This document shows positions 50,170-59,670 of a DNA stretch of 64,000 nucleotides, in pieces (positions within the stretch are counted from its first letter, which is position 1; every line of letters begins with the position of its first letter). The notes under the pieces are model-generated. The model made no database searches. It was not told where the DNA came from and saw nothing but the letters and a program-made list of their open reading frames with translations. The DNA is taken from assembly GCA_963727625.1 (NCBI GenBank), contig CAVSHR010000002.1, positions 672,001-736,000 of the forward strand, given 5' to 3'. This DNA is from an uncultured delta proteobacterium. Its GTDB lineage: Bacteria > Desulfobacterota > Binatia > UBA9968. Made by a program: the position numbers and the translations under genes.

Positions 50170-51573
50170 TTATTCGATCACTTTAACCGTGATCATGTTG
50201 GTGGTGCCGGCTTGATGCAGCGGCAAGCCGGCGGTGATGGCGACGAGATCGCCGCGCTTGACCAAGCCCAACTCGATCGCTTTGGTTTGCAGTGAGCGGA
50301 CCATTTCGTCGGTGCTTTTGAAGCCCTTGATCGGGACCGGGTAAACGCCCCAAACCAGACAGAGGTTCTTGACGGTCTGCGGCTCGGGGCTCACGGCGAT
50401 GATTGGCTGCTGCGGGCGGTAGCGCGCGATCAAGCGTGCCGTGCTGCCGGATGTCGTCGGAATCAAAAACGCCTTAACTTGAAGGTCGCGCGCCAGCGAA
50501 ATGGCGCCCAGGCTGATCGCTTCCGGGATGGTCTTTTTCAGGCCCGTAAAACGCTGGCGCGGTTCCAAGATCGTTTCGGTTTCCTCCGCTACCTTGGCCA
50601 TGATCTTGACGGCCTCCAACGGATAGTCGCCCGCCGCGGTTTCCTCCGAAAGCATGAGCGCGTCGGTGCCGTCCAAAATAGCGTTGGCGATGTCCGCAAC
50701 TTCGGCGCGGGTGGGTCTTGGATTCCACACCATCGAGCGCAGCATCTGGGTCGCGGTGATGACCGGCTTGCCCAAATGATTGGCCTCGCGGATCATCATT
50801 TTTTGAATCGCCGGAATGCGTTCCTGAGCGATCTCCAATCCTAAATCGCCGCGCGCCACCATGATCCCGTCGACGTTTTGGAGAATGCCGTGCAATTGAT
50901 CCACGGCTTCGTGCTTTTCGATCTTGGCGATAATCGGGACGGACGAGCGGCGCCGGCGCATCTCGCGGCGGGCATAGAGAATATCCTCGCTGTTGCGCAC
51001 GAAAGATAGGGCAATCATATCGACTTTTTCTTCGAGGCCGAAGGCCAAGTCTTTCTTATCCTCGTTGGTCAGGGCGCGGATGTTGAGACTGCTGCGCGGG
51101 AAATGGATGCCTTTATGCGAGCCGAGGATGCCGCCGACGATGATGCGGCATTTTACCTCATGATTGCTGACCTGCAGCGCCTCGAGCTCGATCTCACCGT
51201 CGCCGAGCAGAATCGGATCGCCCTTTGTGACCGCGTTGATCAAACCGGGGAAGTCGACGGAGGCGGCCAGCTCGCTGCCCAGGATCTTTCGGTTGGTCAG
51301 TACGAAAGGCCGGCGGTTTAGCAGCCGCACCCGGTCGTTGGCGACGGCACCAATACGGATCTTTGGGCCGGGCAAGTCCTGGAGTATGGCGACCGGGTGG
51401 CCGAGTTTACGTTCGAGCTGGCGGATTTTGCGGATGACGCGATGGTGAAAAGTGTAGTCGCCATGGCTGAAATTGAGCCGCGCCACGTTCATACCGGCGC
51501 GTATTAGCGCGGCTAAAACTTGCTCCGATGAGCTGGCGGGGCCGATAGTGCAAACGATTTTGGTTCTGCGCAT
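50170..51573 (-). CDS. pyk: Pyruvate kinase
   Basis: RRTKIVCTIGPAS, RLNFSHG, IIAKIE, MVARGDLG and TATQML. Confidence 0.96.
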   Translation of the reverse strand: MRRTKIVCTIGPASSSEQVLAALIRAGMNVARLNFSHGDYTFHHRVIRKIRQLERKLGHPVAILQDLPGPKIRIGAVANDRVRLLNRRPFVLTNRKILGSELAASVDFPGLINAVTKGDPILLGDGEIELEALQVSNHEVKCRIIVGGILGSHKGIHFPRSSLNIRALTNEDKKDLAFGLEEKVDMIALSFVRNSEDILYARREMRRRRSSVPIIAKIEKHEAVDQLHGILQNVDGIMVARGDLGLEIAQERIPAIQKMMIREANHLGKPVITATQMLRSMVWNPRPTRAEVADIANAILDGTDALMLSEETAAGDYPLEAVKIMAKVAEETETILEPRQRFTGLKKTIPEAISLGAISLARDLQVKAFLIPTTSGSTARLIARYRPQQPIIAVSPEPQTVKNLCLVWGVYPVPIKGFKSTDEMVRSLQTKAIELGLVKRGDLVAITAGLPLHQAGTTNMITVKVIE

Positions 51574-51692
51574 TCTCCTTAATCTACACGAGACGGTAGG
51601 AGAATCAACGAAATGTGAAACCGCAGGGGTTGGAGTAATGGAGGATTAAAATGACGGGGATAGGGTTTAAGACTCCCCAAGCGGATTTTTTG

Positions 51693-52589
51693 TTAAACTC
51701 CGCTGCCGGTTCGCTTCAGACGCGGATCGAGGAGGTCGCGCAGGCCGTCGCCGAGCAGATTGATGCCCAGGACCGTGACGAAGATGCACAGCCCGGGGAA
51801 CAAAGGCATCCACCAGGCGGTGCTGATGTAGATCCGCGCATCGGCGAGCATGGTTCCCCAAGTGGGAATTTCCGGCGGCACGCCGACGCCGAGGAAGCTC
51901 AAACTCGCCTCCGCGATAATCGATGAGGCCATGGCGAAGGTACCGACGACCAGCGAAGTCTGGATCAGGTTGGGAATGACGTGGCGGGTGATGATTTGCC
52001 GGTTGGTGGCGCCGAGGCATTGCGCGGCGGTGACGAAGTCGCGCGAGCGCAGCGATAGGGTCTGGCCGCGCACCACCCGGCAGTAGGGAATCCACCGCTG
52101 GGCCACCAGCGCGAGAATTAAATTGAACAGCCCTTGGCCCAAAAACGCCATGATCGTGATCCCCAGCAGGAGCGGTGGGAAGGCCCACACCACTTCAACC
52201 AGCTTCTGAATGGCGAAGTCGATTTTACCGCCGAAGTAACCCGAGATCGCGCCTAGGCCGATGCCGATAAAACCCGAAACAAATACGACGGCGAAGGCGA
52301 CCAGCAGCGACACCCGTGAGCCATGGATCACCCGGCTGAAAATATCGCGGCCGAGATTGTCCGTACCGAGGACATGGAGAGCGCCGAGTCCCTGAGGCGC
52401 TCTCATCATGGCGGTGAGCTCTTGCTTGTTGGGGTCGAGGGGCGCCAACGCGGGACCGAAAAGGCCGACCAGCACAAACACCAGGACGATGGCACCGCCG
52501 CTAAACGCCTTGACATGGAGGCGCGGCAGTTTGCTGGCGGCCGCCATCGGCCGCTCTTCAGTAGCGGATTCGAGGGTCAATGACCGCAT
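51693..52589 (-). CDS. Peptide/nickel ABC permease (DppC-like)
   Basis: LGTDNLGRDIFSR, EASLSFLG and NLLGDGLRDLLDPR. Confidence 0.92.
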   Translation of the reverse strand: MRSLTLESATEERPMAAASKLPRLHVKAFSGGAIVLVFVLVGLFGPALAPLDPNKQELTAMMRAPQGLGALHVLGTDNLGRDIFSRVIHGSRVSLLVAFAVVFVSGFIGIGLGAISGYFGGKIDFAIQKLVEVVWAFPPLLLGITIMAFLGQGLFNLILALVAQRWIPYCRVVRGQTLSLRSRDFVTAAQCLGATNRQIITRHVIPNLIQTSLVVGTFAMASSIIAEASLSFLGVGVPPEIPTWGTMLADARIYISTAWWMPLFPGLCIFVTVLGINLLGDGLRDLLDPRLKRTGSGV

Positions 52590-53568
52590 AAAGTCCGTCG
52601 ATGATTAAATTGATCGATACAAACGCCGCCGTGTAGGTCATCACCAAGCCGGTGACGAGCGGGTAGTCGCGCGCGTTAAGCGCCGTGATCAGCAAGCTGC
52701 CGCTGCCCGGCCAGGCGAAAACCGTCTCGACGATGATCGAGCCGCTGAGCAGCGTGCCGAGCTCGAGACCGACCACCGTGATCACCGGTATCAGCGCATT
52801 GCGCATCACATGGCGCCACACCACTCTGTTTTCGCGCAACCCCTTGGCGCGCGCGGTCTGTACATAGTCTTCGTTCATGATTTCCAAGATTGACGAGCGC
52901 GTCACGCGCATCAAGATTCCCAGCATGTTGACGCCGAGCGCCAACGCCGGCAAAAAAATATGCGTTAGCGCGTCCCAGACCGCGCGCCAGTTATTCTGCA
53001 GCACGCTGTCTAAGATATAGAAGCCGGTTTGCTCGGGTCCGGCGATGCCGTAGGTGCTGCGGCCGGAGGTCGGCAAAATATTCAAGATGCCGGCGAGCAG
53101 CAGAATTAACATAATCGCGAGCCAGAAACTCGGCATGCTGATGCCGAAAAGGCCGAAGGTGGTGCCGAGGTTATCGATCCATGAATTGGGCCTGGCGCCG
53201 GCCCAGACGCCGAGCGGGATCGCCAACCCCGTGGCGATGAGGATGGCGAAAACGGCGAGCTCGATGGTCGCCGGCAAGCGGGACTTGATCACGTTGATGA
53301 CTGGTTCGGCGTATTTGAAGGACTTGCCGAAATCACCGGCGACGGCGGAGCGGAGAAATTTGCCATACTGAATATAGAGCGGCTGGTCCAAGCCCCAACG
53401 CTCCTTTGCCTTGGCGACTTCTGCGGCGTTGGTTTCTTCGCCGAGGAGCAGGAGCGTCGGATCGCCCGGGGCAGCGTGAATGAGCAGAAATACCAATAGG
53501 CTGATGAGCAAGAGAACCGGGATCGTGCCCGCCAGCCGCTGGGCCAAGTAACTCGTCATGGCACCCAT
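52558..53568 (-). CDS. Peptide/nickel ABC permease (DppB-like)
   Basis: PGDP, LPATIEL, DYVQTARAKGL, VETVFAWPG and DPRI. Confidence 0.92.
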   Translation of the reverse strand: MGAMTSYLAQRLAGTIPVLLLISLLVFLLIHAAPGDPTLLLLGEETNAAEVAKAKERWGLDQPLYIQYGKFLRSAVAGDFGKSFKYAEPVINVIKSRLPATIELAVFAILIATGLAIPLGVWAGARPNSWIDNLGTTFGLFGISMPSFWLAIMLILLLAGILNILPTSGRSTYGIAGPEQTGFYILDSVLQNNWRAVWDALTHIFLPALALGVNMLGILMRVTRSSILEIMNEDYVQTARAKGLRENRVVWRHVMRNALIPVITVVGLELGTLLSGSIIVETVFAWPGSGSLLITALNARDYPLVTGLVMTYTAAFVSINLIIDGLYAVIDPRIRY

Positions 53569-53604
53569 ATCTCCGAAAAGCGGGAACGAATTTCGTTATC
53601 GCGA

Positions 53605-54480
53605 TCAAGCATTGCGCTGGACGAAGCTGCGCAGCATTTCATTAAACTCCGCCGGGTGTTCGCGGTATGAAAAATGGCCGGCTCGATTGTATATATACAT
53701 GCGCGAGTCGGGCGTGCTGCGGGTGATCAAATCGAACAGGGCGTAACCCTGGTCGATGGTTGCCGTGGGATCGTTGTAAGACCACGCGAGCAAGGTCGAC
53801 ATGCCCATGCCTCGGTCGCGGATGATGCCGAGCGTCTCGTCTTTCTGGCGCGCCAGATGCGGCAGGAAGCATGTGGTCCTCAGACCGATTTCTTCCATCT
53901 TTTTGACCGCTTCCTGATACTTAGCCGTGGCGGCGACGTGCATCATGACATCGATCCACTCGTCGGTGATGTGTTCATAGCCGTAGGAGTATTTTTGCAG
54001 GATCCAGCGCTGGCTCTCGCGGCTCAAGCGCGGCTGAGGCGGATTGGCCATCACGGTTTCATTTTTGCCGATGCCCGGCGCCAACGTGTTTGTATCGACG
54101 AGAATGCAGGTACTGAAAAATTCCGGATGCTCAATGACCAACCGGGCGACCAGATAGGCGCCACGCGAGTGACCGACGGGATGAACGTTGCGCAAACCCA
54201 AAGTTTTCAGAAAATTGTAAGCATGTTGCACGACCGCTGCCATCGTGTAGTCCGCGTCTTTCTTCGGATTGTCGGTGAAGCCTTGGCCAATCTTATCGAC
54301 GGCGACGACATGACACCATTTTGACAACTCGTCGAAGTTCAAGCTCCAGTCCTCGGCGCAGTCGGCGGCGTCCTGCGAGCCGAAGTGGCCGCCGTGAAAT
54401 AGAACTAGATTCGGACCGCTGCCGGCTTCGAAGTAGCGCGTGCGGATACCGTCGACGTCGACGAATTTTTCACCGACCAT
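53605..54480 (-). CDS. Alpha/beta hydrolase (meta-cleavage-product hydrolase-like)
   Basis: FHGG, GHSRG nucleophile elbow, NDP and AGHF..EHP. Confidence 0.85.
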   Translation of the reverse strand: MVGEKFVDVDGIRTRYFEAGSGPNLVLFHGGHFGSQDAADCAEDWSLNFDELSKWCHVVAVDKIGQGFTDNPKKDADYTMAAVVQHAYNFLKTLGLRNVHPVGHSRGAYLVARLVIEHPEFFSTCILVDTNTLAPGIGKNETVMANPPQPRLSRESQRWILQKYSYGYEHITDEWIDVMMHVAATAKYQEAVKKMEEIGLRTTCFLPHLARQKDETLGIIRDRGMGMSTLLAWSYNDPTATIDQGYALFDLITRSTPDSRMYIYNRAGHFSYREHPAEFNEMLRSFVQRNA

Positions 54481-54588
54481 CGTCCTACCCTCACTTTGCT
54501 GCTGAGACGACCAACTCTCTATAACCTCATGCGAGATTGTATCTCCTTTTAACCTCGCCCTCTCGGAGAGGGACGGGTGAGGATCACG

Positions 54589-56118
54589 CTACTTTTTCAC
54601 CTTTATGTCGAGGGCGTATACGCGGGAATCAGGCAATGGTTTGTAGTCCACTTTGTTGTGCAGACCCCACAGCAGTTTATGGCGCCACATGAAACACGCC
54701 GGGGCCTCTTCGGTGATGATGCTCATGGCCTGTGACAAATATTGCCGGCGCTTCTTGGGATCGAACTCCTGCTGCTCCTTGTCGAGCAGCTCGTCGAGCT
54801 TGGGATTGGAGTAACCGATCCGCGGCGTTTCGCCGGTGTGAAAATATTGATGCAGCGCCGCGCTCGGATCCTGCACCGAGCCCCTGCCCATATAGTAGAA
54901 GGGAACACCACCTTTTTGAACACTAGACCAGAGCGTCGGCCACTCCGGGGTCAGGAGCCTGGCGCGAAAGCCGGCCGCGTTAAGCATCGGGATCATCGCT
55001 TCGGTGAGTTGTTTGTCCAGAGTGTAGCGTCCGACGGGCGTTTGCAGTTCAATATCCACGCCGTTGGGATAACCGGCTTGAGCCAAGAGTTTCTTGGCTT
55101 TCTCGGGGTCATAGCTTAGTTTCGGTTTGAGGTTTGGGTCGTAGCCGTATTGACCGGGACCGAGCGGGCCGTCGAGCCGGCTGGCGAATCCTTCCAAGAG
55201 CGTCTTTATGATCTGGTCGCGATTGATCGCATGACAAACCGCTTGGCGCACTTCTTTTTTGTCGAACGGCGGCTTGGGCTGCATCGCTAAAAACATGATC
55301 TCGATGGAGTCCGATGACACGATCCTGGTGTTCGGGTTTTTCTCGACACGCTGGCGCAGGTGGGGCGGTATGAATTGGCTGATTTGGATCTCGTTGTTCA
55401 AGAGCGCGGTTACCCGCTGTTCGGTTTCGCGCATGACGCGAAAGATCACTTCATCCGGTGCGTTGGGATGTTTTTTTGCCTCGGGATGATCTGGCCGTTT
55501 GGCTAAAACCAGTCGCTGGCCGGGGATCAATTCTTTTAAGCGGTACGGACCGCCTCCCATCATATGTTCTCTATCGGCGGCTTCCTTGCCGTACTTTTCG
55601 AAAGCGGCTTTGCTGGTGACGATGAACCGGTCGCAGACAAAGCCCAATAGCGGCGCCGCCGGTTTTTTCGTTATAAACTTGACCGTGAACTTATCGACCG
55701 CTTCGGCCTTGACGATGGGCCCGGCAACGGATGCCTTCTGTTTCGATTGCGGGTCGCCGATGACGCGGTTCATCATCGAGTGCACCACGTCGTCGGCGGT
55801 TACCGACGAGCCGTCGTTGAATTTGTAATTTTTGTTTAGAGTAAAGATCCACGTGGTCGGATTCTCAACCTTCCAGCGTTCGGCGAGGCGGCCCTCGAAG
55901 TCGCCCTTGGCGTAGTTATAGGTGCAGAAGGGGCCGGTCACCTCGCTCCAGATGCCGTAGAGCAAGGAAACGCTGTCTCCGTAGGGGTTGTGCGTTTCGA
56001 TGGTTTCAGTCACGCCGACGGAGACGCGCGTCTGCGCGCTTACGACGTTGAGGCCGGCTGTGAAGAGGGAAAATATTGAAATGCCGACCAGCGCTATTCG
56101 TCTTACTTGGTTGAGCAT
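54589..56118 (-). CDS. Peptide/nickel ABC substrate-binding protein (DppA-like)
   Basis: LAERW...FNDGS.VTADDV, KEVRQAVCHAINR and YDPEKAKKLLAQAGY; AGGAGG RBS before ATG 56118. Confidence 0.9.
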   Translation of the reverse strand: MLNQVRRIALVGISIFSLFTAGLNVVSAQTRVSVGVTETIETHNPYGDSVSLLYGIWSEVTGPFCTYNYAKGDFEGRLAERWKVENPTTWIFTLNKNYKFNDGSSVTADDVVHSMMNRVIGDPQSKQKASVAGPIVKAEAVDKFTVKFITKKPAAPLLGFVCDRFIVTSKAAFEKYGKEAADREHMMGGGPYRLKELIPGQRLVLAKRPDHPEAKKHPNAPDEVIFRVMRETEQRVTALLNNEIQISQFIPPHLRQRVEKNPNTRIVSSDSIEIMFLAMQPKPPFDKKEVRQAVCHAINRDQIIKTLLEGFASRLDGPLGPGQYGYDPNLKPKLSYDPEKAKKLLAQAGYPNGVDIELQTPVGRYTLDKQLTEAMIPMLNAAGFRARLLTPEWPTLWSSVQKGGVPFYYMGRGSVQDPSAALHQYFHTGETPRIGYSNPKLDELLDKEQQEFDPKKRRQYLSQAMSIITEEAPACFMWRHKLLWGLHNKVDYKPLPDSRVYALDIKVKK

Positions 56119-56322
56119 GTGATCCTCCTGGCTATGAGTGGGGATGCCGCTTAAACTGCGAAATCTTTTGCAGCTCCAATCTGAATTGTCAAGATGAAGT
56201 TTTTGGGTGAAGTTTTTGGGTTGACAGTCTTTGGCGCCGATACTAATCGTTACTCTGCAAAGGCCGATAAGGCACGATTGGCCGCGGTGGTCCAATGAGC
56301 CGAACTAGCGGAGGGCAAAGCG

Positions 56323-57474
56323 ATGGCAAGGGACGGGTTGAAAATTCTCGACAGCGATATGCATGTATTCGAGCCCCATGATCTCTATTTGAAATACATG
56401 GACCCCAAATGGGGCGAGCGCATTCCGCGCGGCCAACCGCGCAAGAAGCATGGCCAAATCAAGTTTACCCTGGCAAATGGCAAGCCGTTACGCAGCTCGG
56501 GCATTCAAGCGTTGGCCAGCACGACGCCGAAACCCATCGCCGGCGAGATCGTGCCCGGTGAGGATGTAGTTGCGCATCGTTATGCCGAGCCGTTCAAGCG
56601 CAACTACGACGCGGTGTCGCAGTTGGCGGCAATGGACAAAGAAGGCTTGGACGTGGCGGTTTTGTTTCGCACCTTTCCGCTTCACTGCGACGATAGTTTG
56701 GAGCCCGAATACGCCAACGATCTTTGCCGCGCCTGGAATAACTGGATGGCGGATTTCTGCAAGGCCGACCCGAAGCGGTTGCGGCCCTCGGCGCTGATCA
56801 CGCTGCATGATGTCGATCTAGCGGTCGACGAGACAAGGCGGACGATCACAGAGTTGGGCGCCATCGGTTTGTGTTTGGTTCCGGAGCCGGCCAATGGGCG
56901 GCACATTCATGACCGCTACTACGATCCGGTTTGGCGGGAAGCGGAAAAGTTGGGTGTGCCGGTTTGTTTCCATCCGGCGGCGAGCCCCAACACCGAGCAA
57001 GTGGTGCATCGTTTCAAGGGACACAGCAACGAGGCGGTGCTGATCAATGCTTTTCGTAATCCGGTGGAACTGATGCTAGCGGTCGGCAGCTTCTGTGCGG
57101 GCGGGGTGCTCGAGCGTTTTCCTAAACTTCGCGTGGCGTATCTCGAAGGCAATTGCGGCTGGTTGCCCTGGGCTTTGTATCGTTTGGACGAGCGCTGGGA
57201 GATGCGCAAGGGTTACTGCAACGAACCGATGAGCCTCAGGCCAAGCGATTATTTTCTGCGCCAATGCTTCATCTCCGTTGACGTGGAAGAAGATCTGGTA
57301 TCGGACGTGATCCAGCGCGTCGGTGACGACAACGTGGTGATCTCGACGGATTACCCCCATGCCGATTCGCACTGGCCCAACGCGGTCAATCACTTTATGG
57401 CGATGGAGATGCCGAGCGCTTCGCGCAAAAAAATCCTCTGGGACAACTGCGCGCGGCTGTATGGTGTTGCTTGA
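56323..57474 (+). CDS. Amidohydrolase 2 family protein
   Basis: DSDMH, FHP, GVLERFPKLRVAYLEG and STDYPHAD. Confidence 0.9.
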   Translation: MARDGLKILDSDMHVFEPHDLYLKYMDPKWGERIPRGQPRKKHGQIKFTLANGKPLRSSGIQALASTTPKPIAGEIVPGEDVVAHRYAEPFKRNYDAVSQLAAMDKEGLDVAVLFRTFPLHCDDSLEPEYANDLCRAWNNWMADFCKADPKRLRPSALITLHDVDLAVDETRRTITELGAIGLCLVPEPANGRHIHDRYYDPVWREAEKLGVPVCFHPAASPNTEQVVHRFKGHSNEAVLINAFRNPVELMLAVGSFCAGGVLERFPKLRVAYLEGNCGWLPWALYRLDERWEMRKGYCNEPMSLRPSDYFLRQCFISVDVEEDLVSDVIQRVGDDNVVISTDYPHADSHWPNAVNHFMAMEMPSASRKKILWDNCARLYGVA

Positions 57475-57480
57475 GGATCG

Positions 57481-57590
57481 CACCGCGAGGCGCGCGAGGG
57501 GCATAAAGAAAAAATTATCCCGCAAAGTCGCAAAGGCCGCAAAGTAAAAACATTTCCGAACTTGGCGTTCTTGGCGTCTTGGCGCGAGAT
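57481..57590. repeat. Inverted array of CGCAAAG / CTTGGCG (8-9 nt) units
   Basis: CGCAAAGT CGCAAAGGC CGCAAAG ... CTTGGCGTT CTTGGCGT CTTGGCG. Confidence 0.7.
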
Positions 57591-57670
57591 AATCCGAAGA
57601 TCGATTGTGCCGTTGGCGAGCCCGGAGTTTCATGGAGAATGAAAATTTGACTTGGGGGAGAACCTAGCTC

Positions 57671-58612
57671 ATGGCTAATCACACACCCTGCGGCATCGAG
57701 CTGCCGCAGGTCTTTTTTGATGGTCCCGTCGACATGGAACATGTTCGAAGATTCGCGGTGAAAGCGGAAACACTCGGTTACGAAAGTCTATGGCTGCAGG
57801 AGCGGATCATCGGTGATTTCGCCATCCTGGAGCCGGTGACTTTGTTGAGCTACGTCGCTGCGATCACGAGCAAATTGAAATTAGGAACTTCGGTCATTTT
57901 GCTGCCGCTGCGCAACCCGATTCAATTGGCGAAGGCCTATTCGACCTTGGATTGCATGAGCGGCGGCCGCGCGGTCATGGGTGTCGGGCTTGGTGGCGGC
58001 CACCTGGGCTCGCATGAAAACCTGTTTGGCTACACGCGCGAAGGGCGGGTGACCCGTTTCACGGAAGCGGTGCAAATCATGAAGTCCCTTTGGACTGAGC
58101 CGCGGGCCAGCTTTCAGGGGCGGTATTGGAATTTCAAGGACGTTTCGATGGAGCCCAAGCCGATGCAGAAGCCGCATTTGCCGCTCATCTTCGGCGGGCA
58201 CCATGAGAACGCGCTTAGACGCGCGGTCAAATTCGCCGACGGCTGGATGGGTGCGGGCTCGTCGTCTTCGGGATCATTTATTCGCGAATCGGCGCGGATT
58301 CGCGACATGCTCGACGAAGCCAAACGCGATCCGGTGACGTTTCATTTTGCCAAGCGCGTCTATATGGCGGTGGACGACGACGAAGCGCGCGGCGAACGGC
58401 GCATCCGGGAGTGGTTCGGCCGTCGCTACAAAAACGCCGACCTCGGTCCCAAGGTTTCCATCTGGGGCAGCGCGGCGAAATGCACCGAGAGAATTCAAGA
58501 GCTGGTCAAAGCCGGCGCGCAGCAGATCGTCTTCAATCCGATGTTCGACGAGATGGAGCATTTGGAAATTTGCGCCAAGGAGATCATGCCGCATCTAGAA
58601 TTGATTGAGTGA
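57671..58612 (+). CDS. LLM-class flavin-dependent oxidoreductase
   Basis: LGYESLW, LGTSVILLPLRNP, TLDCMSGGR, PKPMQKPH and ADGW. Confidence 0.9.
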   Translation: MANHTPCGIELPQVFFDGPVDMEHVRRFAVKAETLGYESLWLQERIIGDFAILEPVTLLSYVAAITSKLKLGTSVILLPLRNPIQLAKAYSTLDCMSGGRAVMGVGLGGGHLGSHENLFGYTREGRVTRFTEAVQIMKSLWTEPRASFQGRYWNFKDVSMEPKPMQKPHLPLIFGGHHENALRRAVKFADGWMGAGSSSSGSFIRESARIRDMLDEAKRDPVTFHFAKRVYMAVDDDEARGERRIREWFGRRYKNADLGPKVSIWGSAAKCTERIQELVKAGAQQIVFNPMFDEMEHLEICAKEIMPHLELIE

Positions 58613-58685
58613 CTACGCCGTAACCATCGAATGCAGCTATTTTCAATCTGGCATCAGAGACTGAGTTTTGAATTGATCGAACGAT

Positions 58686-59460
58686 ATGTTTGAGGTGGCG
58701 GAATACTACGAGCGCCAAATGGGTCGGTGGAGCCGGCAATTGGCGCCGCTATTGATCGAGTTTGCCGGCGTTCGGGACGGCGATTGCGTGCTCGATGTCG
58801 GCTGCGGCACGGGGTCGCTGGCCACAACGATAGTTCAATTTAATAAGGCCGCTAAGGTCATTGGCGTCGACGCTTCGAAGGGTTTCATCGAATACGCGCG
58901 CTCCCGCTGCACCGACTCCCGCGTCAGTTTTACTTTTGGCGACGCTCATACACTCGCCTATCAAAACGGTTCCTTTGACTGCTGTCTGTCGCTGTTAACC
59001 GTCAATCATATCGCCAACGCTCCGCAAGCCGTCCGGGAGATGCGTCGAGTGACTAAGTCTGGCGGCGTGGTCGCGACCGCCATGTGGGACGGCAGTGGCG
59101 GCAATGCTTTCAACGACTGTTTTTGGGACGCGGCGATCATGCTCGATTCATCGGTGACGCGCGCTTCCGAAAGGCAGGCGCCTATAGTTCGGCCGAGGCG
59201 CTGTCGCCCTTATGGCGGAGCGTCGGCCTCGACTGCGTCGAAACAAAGCACTGAAATGCCGGTCGGGTTTCGCATCATTTGCCGAGTTTTGGAGCCGATA
59301 TTTCGAGGGGCAGGGCCCGTCGGCCGCTTACGTTGCTTCGTTGCCGGAGGAGCGTGTGACGCGTTAAAGAAAAATTGCGGGAAATCGTTCTGCGAGGCTG
59401 CTCCGAAGGCGCCTTCAGTCTGCAAGCCAGTGCCTGGGCCGTGCGCGGTATCGTGCCGCA
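58686..59460 (+). pseudogene. Class I SAM methyltransferase with multiple frameshifts
   Basis: Intact N-terminal half (VLDVGCGTG). The continuation GAYSSAEALSPLWRSVGL / FASFAEFWSRYFEGQGPSAAYVASL / GAFSLQASAWAVRGIVP lies outside the frame of the called ORF. Confidence 0.7.
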
Positions 59461-59499
59461 AGCAGATGAGGATCGACAACGACACCGCGCCGGCAGCGT

Positions 59500-59630
59500 G
59501 CCCGGCCGGTTTGCGTTTCGCGATCGACGAAGCGAAGAAGGCGGCCAATATCAGCCGCGAAATTGCCTTTAGCGAAGTCGCCGATTTCATGATGTTGCGC
59601 GAAGCGCAGCGGGAAATGGGCATTAAATAA
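59500..59630 (+). pseudogene. C-terminal remnant of an ABC substrate-binding protein
   Basis: GLRFAIDEAKKAANISREIAFSEVADFMMLREAQREMGIK* resembles NitT/TauT SBP C-termini (from recall, unverified). Confidence 0.45.
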
Positions 59631-59670
59631 GATTGCAATTCCGTAAAGCCCAGGCTCGCGAAGACCGTTG

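Noticed and set aside
56221-56250. Promoter with perfect TTGACA before the amidohydrolase
   Set aside because: No good -10 hexamer at 16-18 bp spacing.
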